From positions 186,001-250,000 of the forward strand of contig JACPUC010000019.1 in NCBI GenBank assembly GCA_016192455.1: 64,000 nt of DNA, written 5' to 3'. Both the position numbers and the translations under genes were made by a program. The notes under the pieces are model-generated. The model saw only the letters and a list, made by a program, of their open reading frames with translations. It did no database searches and was not told where the DNA came from. Positions within the stretch are counted from its first letter, which is position 1, and every line of letters begins with the position of its first letter. The stretch comes from Candidatus Tectimicrobiota bacterium. Its GTDB lineage: Bacteria; JACPUC01. Positions 49,249 through 61,119 of the stretch are shown in pieces.

Positions 49249-50601
49249 GTGGCGACGTTTGTGCTGATGCCGAAGCTGGGGCAGGAGATGACCGAAGGCA
49301 CCCTCCTCTGCTGGTTGAAGCAGGAGGGCGAGGATGTCGTGAAGGGCGAACCGATCGCCGAGATCGAAACGCCGAAGGTCACCGCGGAGGTTGAGGCGCC
49401 GGCGGACGGCGTGCTCTTGAAGCACCTCGTTCCCGAGGGCGCCACGGTGCCCTGCCAGGAAGCGATCGCCGTCATCGGCGCCGCGGCGGAGGACATCCCT
49501 CCGCTGCCGCCGAAGTTTCCAACGGCCCCCGCCAGCGCCGCTCAGGAGGTCCCGGCCCCGGCGACACCCTTCACCCCGGGCGCTGACCATGCCGAGGCAG
49601 AGCTGTCCGCTGCTGGGTCGGATGGAAGGGCCGGGCGCCCGCAACGTGCAGGCGAGGAGGGGGGAAGGTCGGTCCCCGCACCGGTCCCAGAGGCGGGGGG
49701 CTCGAAGTTCGGCTACGTGCCCGCAAGCCCGCTTGCCAAGCGCCTGGCCCGCGAGCACGGCATCGAGCTGCGCGGCGTGCGTGGCAGCGGCTCGGCGGGC
49801 AGCGTGCGAGCGCGCGACCTGCAGCCCCTCATCGCCGCCTCTCGCAGGCTGGCCCCTCTCGACGTACCGCCGGGAGCAGCCCCCCTTCCGCAGCGGGGTA
49901 TTGTCATCCCCCACAGCAGCATGCGCCGGCGCATCGCCGAACGGGTTCTGCAGAGCACCCAGCGCCTGCCCCACTTCTTCATCAGCCTCGACATCGACAT
50001 GGGAGAAGCCCTGAAGCTGCGCGCCGGCGCGGCCCCCCGCCTGGCCCAGCAGGTTGGGGTGGAGGTGACGATCAACGATCTCCTCGTCAAGGCAGCGGCG
50101 CTGGCGCTGCGGCAGCATCCCCTGCTCAACTCATCCTGGACCGACGAGGGGATTCGGGTGCACGCCGAGATCAACATCGGCGTCGTGGTGGCGCTGGAAG
50201 AGGGGCTGATTGTGCCGGTGGTGCGGCGAGCGGACGAGAAGCCTCTGGCGCAGGTCTGCCGCGAGCTTCGCACCCTCAGCACCCGGGCCCGCGACGGTTC
50301 CTTGCGGCGCCAGGAGACGAGCGGCGGCACCTTCTCCATCTCCAACCTCGGCATGCACCACATCGACCGGTTCACCGCCATCATCAACGAGCCAGAAAGC
50401 GCCGTCCTGGCCGTCGGCAGCATCGCGGAGCGCGCCGTCGCCCGCGAGGGGCAGCTCCTCGTCCGCCCCATGATGACCGCAACGCTCTCCTGCGATCACC
50501 GTGTCATCGACGGCGTGGTCGGGTCGGCATTCCTCAACCGGCTGCGGGAGATTCTCGAATCGCCGAATCTACTCCTCGTAGAGGAACCTGAGCGGCATTG
50601 A
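49249..50601 (+). CDS. Dihydrolipoamide acyltransferase E2
   Basis: Lipoyl EIETPKV, PASPLAKRLA E3-binding domain, FSISNLG, DHRVIDG. Confidence 0.93.
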   Translation: MATFVLMPKLGQEMTEGTLLCWLKQEGEDVVKGEPIAEIETPKVTAEVEAPADGVLLKHLVPEGATVPCQEAIAVIGAAAEDIPPLPPKFPTAPASAAQEVPAPATPFTPGADHAEAELSAAGSDGRAGRPQRAGEEGGRSVPAPVPEAGGSKFGYVPASPLAKRLAREHGIELRGVRGSGSAGSVRARDLQPLIAASRRLAPLDVPPGAAPLPQRGIVIPHSSMRRRIAERVLQSTQRLPHFFISLDIDMGEALKLRAGAAPRLAQQVGVEVTINDLLVKAAALALRQHPLLNSSWTDEGIRVHAEINIGVVVALEEGLIVPVVRRADEKPLAQVCRELRTLSTRARDGSLRRQETSGGTFSISNLGMHHIDRFTAIINEPESAVLAVGSIAERAVAREGQLLVRPMMTATLSCDHRVIDGVVGSAFLNRLREILESPNLLLVEEPERH

Positions 50602-50767
50602 GCGGCCGCAAGCCGCTTTGGCAAGAACCAGAATCAAACGCGGCAGGGTGCGCCGCCGAGAAGTTAGAGGTCGCGACACCGGCGCCTTGACGGGGCGCGG
50701 GGCCGAGCGCCACGCCTGGAGCCGCAGGGCGTCGGCTAAGAGTCCGGGTGTGAGGGAGAAGATAGGG

Positions 50768-51739
50768 ATGGCAGCGAAGTCGCAGCTCGACGGCGGCACG
50801 GCACAGGCGCTCCTGGAGACGATGTGGACCATCCGCCTCTTCGAGGAGCGCGTCACCGAGCTCTGCGGCACGAACGAGATTCCCGGCCTGACGCACGTGG
50901 GCATCGGTCAGGAGGCCGTGGCGGCGGGGACGTGCAGCGTGCTGCGGCGGGACGACTACGTCTACGGCAGCCATCGCTGTCATGCCCCTGCCATTGCCAA
51001 GGGTGCGGACCTGGGGCGCCTGATGGCTGAGCTGGCCGGGCGCAGCGGCGGCTACTGCGCAGGCAAGGGTGGCTCCATGCACATCGTCGCCGCCGAGGTG
51101 GGGTTTTTGAGCGGCACCGGCGTGGTCGGCGGCACCCTGCCGCTGGCGGTCGGCTCGGCCCTGGTCTGCCGCGACCACGGTCGCGGCCAGGTGGTGATGG
51201 TCTTCTTCGGGGACGGCGCCGCCCAGGCCGGGCTCTTCCACGAGTCCCTCAACCTCGCCAGCCTCTGGGAGCTGCCGGTGATCTTCGTCTGCGAGAACAA
51301 CGGCTACGCCGAGTTCACCCCGCTCTCGGCGCACACGAAGGTGGAGCGCCTGGCCAGCCATGCCACCACCTATGCGATCCCTTGCCGGACGGTGGACGGC
51401 AACGATGTCGGCGCCGTGCGTCAGGCGGCGGCAGAGGCGGTGGAAACGGCCCGTGGTGGCGGGGGGCCGGGCTTCCTCGAGTGCCTGACGTACCGCCTGC
51501 GCGGGCACTACGTCGGCGATCCGGCGAAGTACCGCGAGCTGAGCGAGGTGGGCGAGTGGAAGAAGAAGGACCCGCTGCAACGCTTCCTGGAGGTCGTTGC
51601 GCGTCATGCGCTTCTCACCGCCGAGGAGGTTGAGGCCGTCGAGCGCCAGGCGCGGGAGCGCGTCGAGGCCGCCGCCCAAACCGCCCTGGCAAGCCCGCCG
51701 CCGACCATCGACCAGACGGAGAGCCACGTCTATGCCTGA
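50768..51739 (+). CDS. TPP-dependent dehydrogenase E1 alpha (acetoin/pyruvate type)
   Basis: GQEA, GKGGSMH, FFGDGA..ENN, TYRLRGH. Confidence 0.93.
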   Translation: MAAKSQLDGGTAQALLETMWTIRLFEERVTELCGTNEIPGLTHVGIGQEAVAAGTCSVLRRDDYVYGSHRCHAPAIAKGADLGRLMAELAGRSGGYCAGKGGSMHIVAAEVGFLSGTGVVGGTLPLAVGSALVCRDHGRGQVVMVFFGDGAAQAGLFHESLNLASLWELPVIFVCENNGYAEFTPLSAHTKVERLASHATTYAIPCRTVDGNDVGAVRQAAAEAVETARGGGGPGFLECLTYRLRGHYVGDPAKYRELSEVGEWKKKDPLQRFLEVVARHALLTAEEVEAVERQARERVEAAAQTALASPPPTIDQTESHVYA

Positions 51740-52724
51740 AGCCGCGCAACGCGAGCTCACCTTCCTCGCCGCCATCACCGCCGCCCTGAAGGAGGAGATG
51801 GCGCGCGACGCCGCCGTCATGGTGCTGGGCGAAGACGTCGCCGTCGGCGGCCCGTTCGGCGCCACGCGAGGGTTGGCGGAAGAGTTCGGTACGGCCCGCG
51901 TCGTCAACACGCCGATCAGCGAGGGGGCCGTCATGGGAGTGGCGGTGGGCGCCGCCGTGCTGGGTCGCCGGCCGGTGGTGGAGATCATGTTCATCGACTT
52001 CATCACCTTGGCGATGGATCAACTGGTGAACCAAGCGGCCAAGCTCCACTACATGTCGGGCGGCCAGCTTCGGGTCCCTCTCGTGGTGCGCACCCAGTGC
52101 GGCGCCACCGGCAGCTACGCGGCCCAGCACTCGCAATGCCTGGAGGCCTGGTTCCTGCACGTGCCGGGGGTGAAGGTCGTCATGCCCGCGACGCCGGCGG
52201 ATGCCCGCGGCCTCCTGAAGGCGGCCATCCGCGACGACAACCCGGTGCTCTTCATCGAGCAGCGCGGCCTCTACTGGAGCAAGGGGGCCGTCGAAGAGGG
52301 CGAGGCCGGCATCGTCCCCCTCGGCCGGGCGGCGATCCGTCGGGGAGGGGAAGACGTGACGGTGGTGGCCCTGGCGAGCATGGTGAGCGAGGCGCTCTCC
52401 GCCGCCGGGCAGCTCGCCGAGGAGGGCATCTCGGCGGAGGTCATCGACCCACGTTCGCTCCATCCCCTCGACCTCGAGACCATCGCCGAGTCGGTGAAGA
52501 AGACGCACCGCCTGCTCATCGTCCATGAAGCGGTGGCCCAGGGGGGCGTCGGCGCGGAGGTGGCGATGCAGGCGCAGCTCGCCGCCTTCAACTACCTCGA
52601 TGCGCCGGTCCGCCGCTTGGGCGCTCCGTTCACCCCGGTGCCGTACAGCCCGGTGCTCGAACGCGGCTACGTGCCCAACGCCGCCGCCATCGTCGCCACC
52701 GTCCAGCAGCTCATGCGGGAATGA
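51732..52724 (+). CDS. TPP-dependent dehydrogenase E1 beta
   Basis: GEDV, TPISE, EIMFIDF, AAQHSQ, DDNPVLFIE. Confidence 0.93.
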   Translation: MPEAAQRELTFLAAITAALKEEMARDAAVMVLGEDVAVGGPFGATRGLAEEFGTARVVNTPISEGAVMGVAVGAAVLGRRPVVEIMFIDFITLAMDQLVNQAAKLHYMSGGQLRVPLVVRTQCGATGSYAAQHSQCLEAWFLHVPGVKVVMPATPADARGLLKAAIRDDNPVLFIEQRGLYWSKGAVEEGEAGIVPLGRAAIRRGGEDVTVVALASMVSEALSAAGQLAEEGISAEVIDPRSLHPLDLETIAESVKKTHRLLIVHEAVAQGGVGAEVAMQAQLAAFNYLDAPVRRLGAPFTPVPYSPVLERGYVPNAAAIVATVQQLMRE

Positions 52725-53065
52725 AGGAGAGCGCGCTGGAGAACCGACCGGCAGCGACCGCCACGCGCCGGCGGAGCGGGAGGGGGCGTGCGTGACCTGC
52801 GCACCTGTGCGTGTGGGAACTACCGTCCATCCCCGCAGACGGCATGCGCACCATCTCAACCGCGGCTCAGAACTCCTGACATTCCAAGGGGATATACAAG
52901 TATCCCCCTGTTTTCTCCGCAGGGGCGCAGAAGCGTCTCGCCCGCAGGCCATGAAATTGGGCCATGCGTGGTCGTGCCACATCACGCCTGCCCGTCAGCC
53001 TCAACCTTCCCAGAAGTCAACCAGCTACGCGGCCACTTTCGAGGCAGCCTTTCATTCCATCGACT

Positions 53066-53093
53066 GTAGGGGCGGTTCGCGAACCGCCCCTAC
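53066..53093. repeat. GTAG-type REP palindrome, copy 2
   Basis: Identical to 8129-8156. Confidence 0.9.
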
Positions 53094-53152
53094 CAGTGGG
53101 AGACGCTTGGCGCGGAGAGTGTTTTGTTTCTCCAATTCTATTGCATAAATTT

Positions 53153-53244
53153 GCGAGGGAACCGCGCTCCCTCGCGCACCCCGACTACGCGAGCTGCTAC
53201 GCATCTCGCTGGGGGTGGGGGTGTGGGGGGCAAGGGTCTCCCAC
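53153..53244 (+). repeat. Dispersed three-hairpin intergenic element, copy 3
   Basis: Same 92-bp length and block order as 33091-33182. Confidence 0.8.
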
Positions 53245-53428
53245 GAAAAATTTCCGCCCTCGACCCGGACGAAGAAGGCGTCGCATTGATGATAGAACTT
53301 GTGAGACGTAACAGGAGAAGGCCGCGGTCATGGTGCGGGTCGTACGAATCGTCTCTCTTCGTGCGAGGGTGATGGTATGATGCTCTTCGTCACGGCTGCG
53401 CGTCGCGAAGGAAATTCGGCGTAGGAGT

Positions 53429-53483
53429 TTGACAGGTTGCCCTCTTGGGCCTATACAGTCTCGTTAACTGAGAATGATTGTCA
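53429..53483 (+). promoter_or_regulatory. Sigma70 promoter with Fur-box-like operator
   Basis: TTGACA-N17-TATACA, then TGAGAATGATTGTCA (53469-53483), 2 mismatches to the 7-1-7 TGATAATNATTATCA. Confidence 0.65.
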
Positions 53484-53527
53484 AAATACCGCGCCGCTGC
53501 TTCGGCTTCAGACGGGAAAATAACGTG

Positions 53528-55504
53528 ATGAGCGCCACACCACGGCTCCAGACGACACCTCCTCAGACCCGGCAGGGGTGGGGCGTGCTGCTCCAACTGG
53601 CCCTGCTCGCTGGCGTGCTCGTGGCGTCGCCGCCGGCGTTCGCCGACCAGGCCGCCGGCGACCTGGTGCTCCATATGCTCAGCTACCTGCGCGCGGATTA
53701 CCCAGAGGCGGTGCGTGAGGGGAAAGTCATCAACGCCGCGGAGTTCGCGGAGATGCGCGACTTTGCGCAGCAGATCGCCCGCGGCATCGGTGGTTTGCCG
53801 GAGCGGCACGGGAAGGCGGAGCTGCTGGCGAGCGCCAGGCTCCTACAGGCGGCGATCGAGCAGCGGGCCGCGGTGGAGAAGATTCGCGCGCTGGCGGCCA
53901 CGCTGAGCCACGACCTGGTGCGCCTGTACGGCATCGTCGTCGCCCCCCGGCGGCCCCCGGCGTTGGGAGCAGCGTCCGCCCTTTACCAACAGAACTGCGC
54001 CTCCTGTCACGGAACCGACGGTCGCGGCGACGGCGTGCTTGCCGCCAATCTCGATCCCCCGCCGACGAACTTCCACGATGGCGAACGCGCCGCCCAGCGG
54101 AGCGTCTACGGTCTCTACAACGCCATTTCCCTCGGCGTCAAAGACACCGCCATGCAACCGTTCCGCGCCTTCTCCGAGGAGCAGCGCTGGGCGCTTGCCT
54201 TCTTCGTAAGCCAGTGGGCGTTCGATGACGCGACACGAGCGCGCGGCGCTGACCTCTGGCGCCGCGGCGCCTATCGCAGGGTTTTCGCCGACCTGGGCAG
54301 CATCAGCCGGCTGTCACCGGCGGAGGCGGCGGACCCCCACGGCCCCGACGGCGTGGCGGTGCTGGCGTACCTGCGCAGCCATCCGAAAGCGGTGCAGAGG
54401 TCGGGGGACGCCGCCCTGGCGTTCGCCTTGCAGCACCTGAAGAACAGCCTGGCGGCGTACGAGATGGGGGAGGTGGGGAAGGCGTACCAACTGGCGCTCT
54501 CCGCCTACCTCGACGGCTTCGAGCTGGTGGAGTCAGTGTTGAACGCCATTGATCGCGCCTTCGTGGTCAAGGTGGAGGAGGCAGCGCTGCGCTACCGAAA
54601 TCTGATCCAGCACGCGGCGCCGACCGCCACCGTGCGCGAAGAGGAGCAACGGCTCGAAGCGCTCTTGATGAGCGCGATGGATCGTCTGCAGGCGGGCCGT
54701 CTCTCCCCCGCGGTGAGCTTCGTGGGAGCCTTCACCATCCTGCTGCGCGAGGGACTGGAGGCGATCCTGATCCTGGCGGCGATTGTCGCCTTCCTGGCGA
54801 AGGCAGGCCACCAGCATGCCACCCGCTACGTCCACTATGGCTGGATCGGCGCCCTGGCGGCCGGCATCGGGACGTGGTTCGCCGCCTCGCGCCTGGTGCA
54901 CATCTCCGGCGCCAGCCGCGAGGCCACCGAGGGGTTCACGGGGCTCTTTGCGGCAGGCGTCCTCCTTTACGTGGGGTTCTGGATGCACGGCAAGAGCCAC
55001 GCCGACCAGTGGCGCCGCTTCGTCGACCGCAAGCTGAGCGCCACCCTGGTACACCAGCGGACCCTGTGGCTGTTGGCCGTCCTGTCCTTCGTCGTCGCTT
55101 ACCGCGAAGCCTTCGAGACGGTGCTCTTCTACGAGGTGCTGTGGCTGCAAACCACCGCCGAGGGACACCAGGCTCTGCTGCTCGGCTTCGGCGCGGCGGT
55201 CCTGGGACTCTTGCTCGTGGTGTGGGTGGTGCTGAAGCTCAGTGTCAGGGTGCCGGTCGGCCTCTTCTTTAAATTGAACGCCGCGATCATGTTCATCCTT
55301 GCCATCGTGTTTACCGGAAAGGGGATCGCCGCCCTCCAGGAGGCGGGGAGGGTGCCGGCGAACCCGCTCACCTTCCCCCGCGTCGACGCCCTCGGAATCT
55401 ATCCCAACGTCGAGAGCCTCGGCGTACAGGGCGCCTTGCTTGTCATCATGGCCGGCCTGCTCATCTACACGCAGCTCACGACCAAGCGCAAAGCGCAGGA
55501 CTAG
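53528..55504 (+). CDS. Cytochrome c-FTR1 family iron permease (PbrT-like)
   Basis: LSYLRADY, CASCH heme motif, AYLDGFE, REGLE and REAFE motifs. Confidence 0.9.
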   Translation: MSATPRLQTTPPQTRQGWGVLLQLALLAGVLVASPPAFADQAAGDLVLHMLSYLRADYPEAVREGKVINAAEFAEMRDFAQQIARGIGGLPERHGKAELLASARLLQAAIEQRAAVEKIRALAATLSHDLVRLYGIVVAPRRPPALGAASALYQQNCASCHGTDGRGDGVLAANLDPPPTNFHDGERAAQRSVYGLYNAISLGVKDTAMQPFRAFSEEQRWALAFFVSQWAFDDATRARGADLWRRGAYRRVFADLGSISRLSPAEAADPHGPDGVAVLAYLRSHPKAVQRSGDAALAFALQHLKNSLAAYEMGEVGKAYQLALSAYLDGFELVESVLNAIDRAFVVKVEEAALRYRNLIQHAAPTATVREEEQRLEALLMSAMDRLQAGRLSPAVSFVGAFTILLREGLEAILILAAIVAFLAKAGHQHATRYVHYGWIGALAAGIGTWFAASRLVHISGASREATEGFTGLFAAGVLLYVGFWMHGKSHADQWRRFVDRKLSATLVHQRTLWLLAVLSFVVAYREAFETVLFYEVLWLQTTAEGHQALLLGFGAAVLGLLLVVWVVLKLSVRVPVGLFFKLNAAIMFILAIVFTGKGIAALQEAGRVPANPLTFPRVDALGIYPNVESLGVQGALLVIMAGLLIYTQLTTKRKAQD

Positions 55505-55524
55505 CGGCGGGGCGTCGTCAGGCC

Positions 55525-57114
<1,590 letters not shown>

Positions 57115-57163
57115 GCGTGCGCCTCCAACCTTATCGACATCAATGGACACATTTGTTGAGAAA

Positions 57164-57182
57164 TGTCAGTTCATGCTTGACA
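57164..57182. promoter_or_regulatory. Candidate upstream activator sequence
   Basis: TGTCA-N9-TGACA inverted repeat ~90 bp upstream of the -24 box. Confidence 0.5.
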
Positions 57183-57224
57183 GAATTGTAGCGCAGGCCG
57201 CGCCGCATGTCGAGGGATTCAATA

Positions 57225-57237
57225 TAACTGTTTGATA
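57225..57237 (-). promoter_or_regulatory. IHF site
   Basis: Minus strand TATCAAACAGTTA = WATCAANNNNTTR, between the UAS and promoter. Confidence 0.65.
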
Positions 57238-57266
57238 TGCAAAGTGTTTCCTGCAAGTCTCGGAAG

Positions 57267-57283
57267 TTGGCACGAAGGTTGCC
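57267..57283 (+). promoter_or_regulatory. Sigma54 -24/-12 promoter
   Basis: TTGGCACGAAGGTTGCC matches TGGCAC-N5-TTGC. Confidence 0.88.
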
Positions 57284-57363
57284 TTGGGGGCCAGCAAGGA
57301 CGTTGATCGAGATCATTGCGGTGCAGCGGAGAGCCACAACCACCACGGGGAGGAAGTAACACG

Positions 57364-58725
57364 ATGATCGGCAGCAGTTTGCAAGACCCGTTCGATCCGC
57401 ACAGCTCGCTTACCCATAGCGCCTGCGGAGCGCCAGGGGGGGCGGAAGCCGCCTTCGCCCCCACATCCCATGAGGAACTCATGGACCGCGCCGTCGAGGG
57501 CGCCGTGGTGCGGGCCGTCTTCGGCGGCAATGACCTGGCGCGTCGGCGCTTTCTGCAGATCGTCGGCGCCGGCGCGGCGGCGCAAATTTTTCGCGCGGTC
57601 TTTCCCTTCGACGGCGCCAAGGCGCTGGCGCAGGAAAAGGTGAAGGGAATCGAGAAGCGCGACCTCAGCGTCGCCTTCATCCCCATCACCTGCGCCACGC
57701 CGATCATCATGGCGGAGCCGATGGGCTTCTACGCCAAGCACGGCCTCAACGTCAAGGTGCGGCGGGCCGCCGGTTGGGCGATGGTGCGCGACTGGGCCAT
57801 CAACAAGGAGGTGGACGCGGCGCACATGCTCAGCCCGATGCCCCTCTCCATCACCCTGGGGGCGGGATCGCAGAAGGTGCCCTACTTCATGCCGGCGGTG
57901 GAAAACATCAACGGCCAGGCGATCACCCTGCACAAGCAGCATAAGGGGGTAAAGACCGCCCAGGACATGAAAGGGTTCCGCTTCTGCGTGCCGTTCCGCT
58001 ACTCGATGCACAACTACCTGCTGCGCTACTTCCTTGCCGAGAGGGGCATCCATCCCGACAAGGACGTGCAAATCCGGGTCGTGCCGCCGCCGGAGATGGT
58101 CGCCAATCTGAAGGCGGGGAACGTCGATGGCTACCTGGCGCCCGATCCGTTCAATCAGCGGGCGGTCTACGAAAACGCCGGCTTCATCTACATGCTCTCG
58201 AAGGACATCTGGCCGGGGCATCCGTGCTGCGCCTTCGCCATCTCGCAGGAGTTCGCCACCACCTACCCGAAGACCTTCTTGGCCCTCTTCAAGTCCATCG
58301 TGGATGCTACCCACTTCGCTTCCAAGCCGGAAAACCGCAAGGCCATCGCCAAGGCGATCGCGCCGAGGAACTACCTGAATCAACCGGTGATCGTCTTGGA
58401 GCAGGTGCTGACCGGGCGCTTTGCCGATGGCCTCGGCAACATCAAGTATGTCCCCGATCGCATCGATTTCGATCCCTTCCCCTGGCACTCGATGGCGGTC
58501 TGGATTTTGACCCAGATGAAGCGCTGGAAGCATGTCGACAGCGACTTCGATTACAAGCAGGTGGCGGAGCAGGTCTACCTCGCCGCGGAGTGCGACAAGC
58601 TCTCCAAAGAGCTGGGCTACGCCGCGCACGGCCAGACCTACAGCTCGCATACCATCATGGGAAAGGTCTTTGATCCCGCCGCGCCTGAGGCCTATGTCAA
58701 TAGTTTCGCCATTCGCAATGTCTAG
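57364..58725 (+). CDS. cynA: Cyanate ABC transporter substrate-binding protein (NrtA/CmpA family)
   Basis: RRRFL Tat motif, FIPITCATP, AHMLSPMP, NINGQAIT, HPCC, DRIDFDPFPW. Confidence 0.9.
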   Translation: MIGSSLQDPFDPHSSLTHSACGAPGGAEAAFAPTSHEELMDRAVEGAVVRAVFGGNDLARRRFLQIVGAGAAAQIFRAVFPFDGAKALAQEKVKGIEKRDLSVAFIPITCATPIIMAEPMGFYAKHGLNVKVRRAAGWAMVRDWAINKEVDAAHMLSPMPLSITLGAGSQKVPYFMPAVENINGQAITLHKQHKGVKTAQDMKGFRFCVPFRYSMHNYLLRYFLAERGIHPDKDVQIRVVPPPEMVANLKAGNVDGYLAPDPFNQRAVYENAGFIYMLSKDIWPGHPCCAFAISQEFATTYPKTFLALFKSIVDATHFASKPENRKAIAKAIAPRNYLNQPVIVLEQVLTGRFADGLGNIKYVPDRIDFDPFPWHSMAVWILTQMKRWKHVDSDFDYKQVAEQVYLAAECDKLSKELGYAAHGQTYSSHTIMGKVFDPAAPEAYVNSFAIRNV

Positions 58726-58737
58726 GAGAGGGGGAGC

Positions 58738-59640
58738 ATGGCTGAGCCAACGCCTGGTATCCAGAGCCCCGGAGGGAGGCACGCCCTTGTCATCTCTCTG
58801 TTCCTGTTCGGCATTTTCCTCCTGGCATGGCATCTCGCCACGCTGCGACCCGCCTTCAACCCCAAAGGGCTGAGCGACGAGCAGCTCACGACCATGGAGT
58901 TCAATGGCGACATCATCCGCACCGAGGAGGGGAGCTACATCTACGACCCCAAGAAGGCGCGGGGCCTGCCCGGCCCCTGGGCGGTGGCGCGCAAGAGCGT
59001 GGAAGAGTTCGGCGAAGCGTTCCAGAAGAAAGGGACCAACGACCACGGCATCGCGTATCTGATCCGCTACACCGTGCTGCGCTTCGCCGCCGGGTTTCTC
59101 TCCGCGTCGCTGGTGGCGGCCTGCCTCGGCGTGCTCATCGGCTTGTCAGCGACCCTGTACCGCGCCCTGAACCCGTTCATCCAGGTCCTCAAGCCGATCT
59201 CGCCGCTGGCCTGGATGCCCTTGCTGCTCTACAGCGTGCAAGACCCGACCATGACGGCGATCCTGGTGGTGTTCATGGCGTCGCTCTGGCCCACCGTGGC
59301 CAACACGGCCTTTGGGGTGAGCGCCCTGCGTCGTGACTACCTGCAGGTCGCCAGGCTCCTGCAGCTCACGTGGTCGCGACGGCTCGTCAAGGTCGTCCTG
59401 CCCGCGGCGGCGCCGGCCATTGTGGCCGGCCTGCGCATCTCCTTCGGCAGCGCCCTGGTCGCCGTGGTGCCGGCGGAGATGCTGCTGGGCGAGCTCGGCG
59501 TCGGCTACCTGACCTGGATCGAGTGGAACAACCTGGATATCGCGGGGGTGATCTTCGCCATTCTGGTGGTCGGCGGCGTCGGCGTGCTGATGGACCTGGG
59601 CTTCACTCGCCTGGCGCGATTCGTAACCTACGCGGAATAG
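58738..59640 (+). CDS. cynB: Cyanate ABC transporter permease
   Basis: GTNDHGI, NPFIQVLKPISPLAWMP, AEML..GVGYLTW. Confidence 0.9.
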   Translation: MAEPTPGIQSPGGRHALVISLFLFGIFLLAWHLATLRPAFNPKGLSDEQLTTMEFNGDIIRTEEGSYIYDPKKARGLPGPWAVARKSVEEFGEAFQKKGTNDHGIAYLIRYTVLRFAAGFLSASLVAACLGVLIGLSATLYRALNPFIQVLKPISPLAWMPLLLYSVQDPTMTAILVVFMASLWPTVANTAFGVSALRRDYLQVARLLQLTWSRRLVKVVLPAAAPAIVAGLRISFGSALVAVVPAEMLLGELGVGYLTWIEWNNLDIAGVIFAILVVGGVGVLMDLGFTRLARFVTYAE

Positions 59641-59648
59641 GGGGAGAC

Positions 59649-60551
59649 ATGGCGTTCCTGAGCGTTGAACAGGTGGCGAAGTATTTCCCGCTCTCGGAGG
59701 CCGCGTCGGCGGCGGGTCGGCAGGCGACCTTCTGCGTCTTCCGCGACGTTGACGTGCGCATCGCCAAGGGTGAGTTCGTCACCGTCATCGGTCACTCCGG
59801 CTGCGGCAAGAGCACGCTGCTGAACATCATTGCCGGCTTCGAAGAGGCGTCGTCCGGCGGCGTCATCCTGGACGGCAAGGAGGTGACCGAGCCGGGGCTG
59901 GACCGCATGGTGGTGTTCCAGAGTTTTGCCCTCATGCCGTGGTTGTCGGCCTTTGACAACGTGCGCCTGGCGGTGCGGGCGGCGCGACCCGCGTGGTCCA
60001 AAGCCGAGGTGGCGCAGCACACGCAGCGCTACATCGACATGATGGGGCTGAACGGGGCGGAGCGGAAGAAACCGGTCTTCCTCTCCGGCGGCATGCGGCA
60101 GCGCGTCGGCTTGGCCCGTGCCTTCGCGGTGACGCCGAAGGTCTTGCTGCTGGATGAGCCGTTCGCCCAGATCGATGCCCTCACCCGCGGCGTCATCCAA
60201 GAGGAGCTGGTGCGGATGTGGACCGCGATGCGGAACACCGTCTTCATGGTCACCCACGACGTGGACGAGGCCATCCTCCTCTCCGACCGCATTGCCCTGA
60301 TGACGAATGGGCCGGAAGCCCGGCTGGCCGAGTGCATCGAGGTGGACATCCCACGGCCGCGAAGCCGCGAAGCCATGATCGATACGCCGCAGTACGCGCG
60401 GCTGCGCAACTACATCCTGCATTTCCTCATGCAGGGAGCGCATCACCTGCCGGAACGAAACGGGCTCGGCGCAATGAACGGCGGCGGGCCGCTCGGCGTC
60501 GCCTCGCCTGGTCGCCCGCTTCCCCGCCGCCGGAGCGCGGCGGTGCCGTAA
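59649..60551 (+). CDS. cynD: Cyanate ABC transporter ATPase
   Basis: GHSGCGKST, LSGGMRQR, LLDEPF, VTHDVDEA, MTNGP. Confidence 0.9.
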   Translation: MAFLSVEQVAKYFPLSEAASAAGRQATFCVFRDVDVRIAKGEFVTVIGHSGCGKSTLLNIIAGFEEASSGGVILDGKEVTEPGLDRMVVFQSFALMPWLSAFDNVRLAVRAARPAWSKAEVAQHTQRYIDMMGLNGAERKKPVFLSGGMRQRVGLARAFAVTPKVLLLDEPFAQIDALTRGVIQEELVRMWTAMRNTVFMVTHDVDEAILLSDRIALMTNGPEARLAECIEVDIPRPRSREAMIDTPQYARLRNYILHFLMQGAHHLPERNGLGAMNGGGPLGVASPGRPLPRRRSAAVP

Positions 60552-60587
60552 CCACCCTACCAGAAGATCAGAGAGGAGGACTCGACG

Positions 60588-61034
60588 ATGATCAGCCGCC
60601 AAGAGGCCACGACCAGGATACTCGAGGTCAAGAAAGCCAAGGGACTTACCTTCGCCCAGATCGCCGAGGCGGTCGGCCGTCACCAGGTGTGGGTGGCCGC
60701 CGCGTTGCTGGGGCAAGCCAGCATGTCGGCCGATGAGGCGCATGCCGCCGCCGCGGCCCTGGGGCTGGAGCCGGAGGTGGCGGCGGCCTTGCAAGAGATT
60801 CCCACCAAGGGTTCACAGGAGAGCGCCGTGCCCGTGGATCCGCTCGTCTATCGGTTTCACGAGATCACCCAGGTGTATGGGAGCAGCATAAAGGCCATTA
60901 TCCACGAGCTCTTCGGGGATGGCATCATGAGCGCCATCGACTTCGAGATCGATATCCAAAGGAAGGAAGACCCCAAAGGCGATCGCGTCGTCGTCACCTA
61001 CAGCGGCAAGTTCCTCCCCTATCGGAAGTGGTAA
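60588..61034 (+). CDS. cynS: Cyanase (cyanate hydratase)
   Basis: DPLVYRFHE, FGDGIMSAIDF, GKFLPY. Confidence 0.96.
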   Translation: MISRQEATTRILEVKKAKGLTFAQIAEAVGRHQVWVAAALLGQASMSADEAHAAAAALGLEPEVAAALQEIPTKGSQESAVPVDPLVYRFHEITQVYGSSIKAIIHELFGDGIMSAIDFEIDIQRKEDPKGDRVVVTYSGKFLPYRKW

Positions 61035-61119
61035 AACGTCTCGCCGCCGCCACCACCACACCTAGGCGGGACCCTGCGCGCGGCCTCCCACGCGCCGTGT
61101 GGGGGATACTCGAGGCACA

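Noticed and set aside
52889-52908. GGGGATA-N6-TATCCCC inverted repeat
   Set aside because: Single short hairpin with no second copy or U-tract; function cannot be supported
57364-60551. Nitrate or bicarbonate transporter (nrtABC/cmpABCD)
   Set aside because: Same family, but direct linkage to cynS favours cyanate
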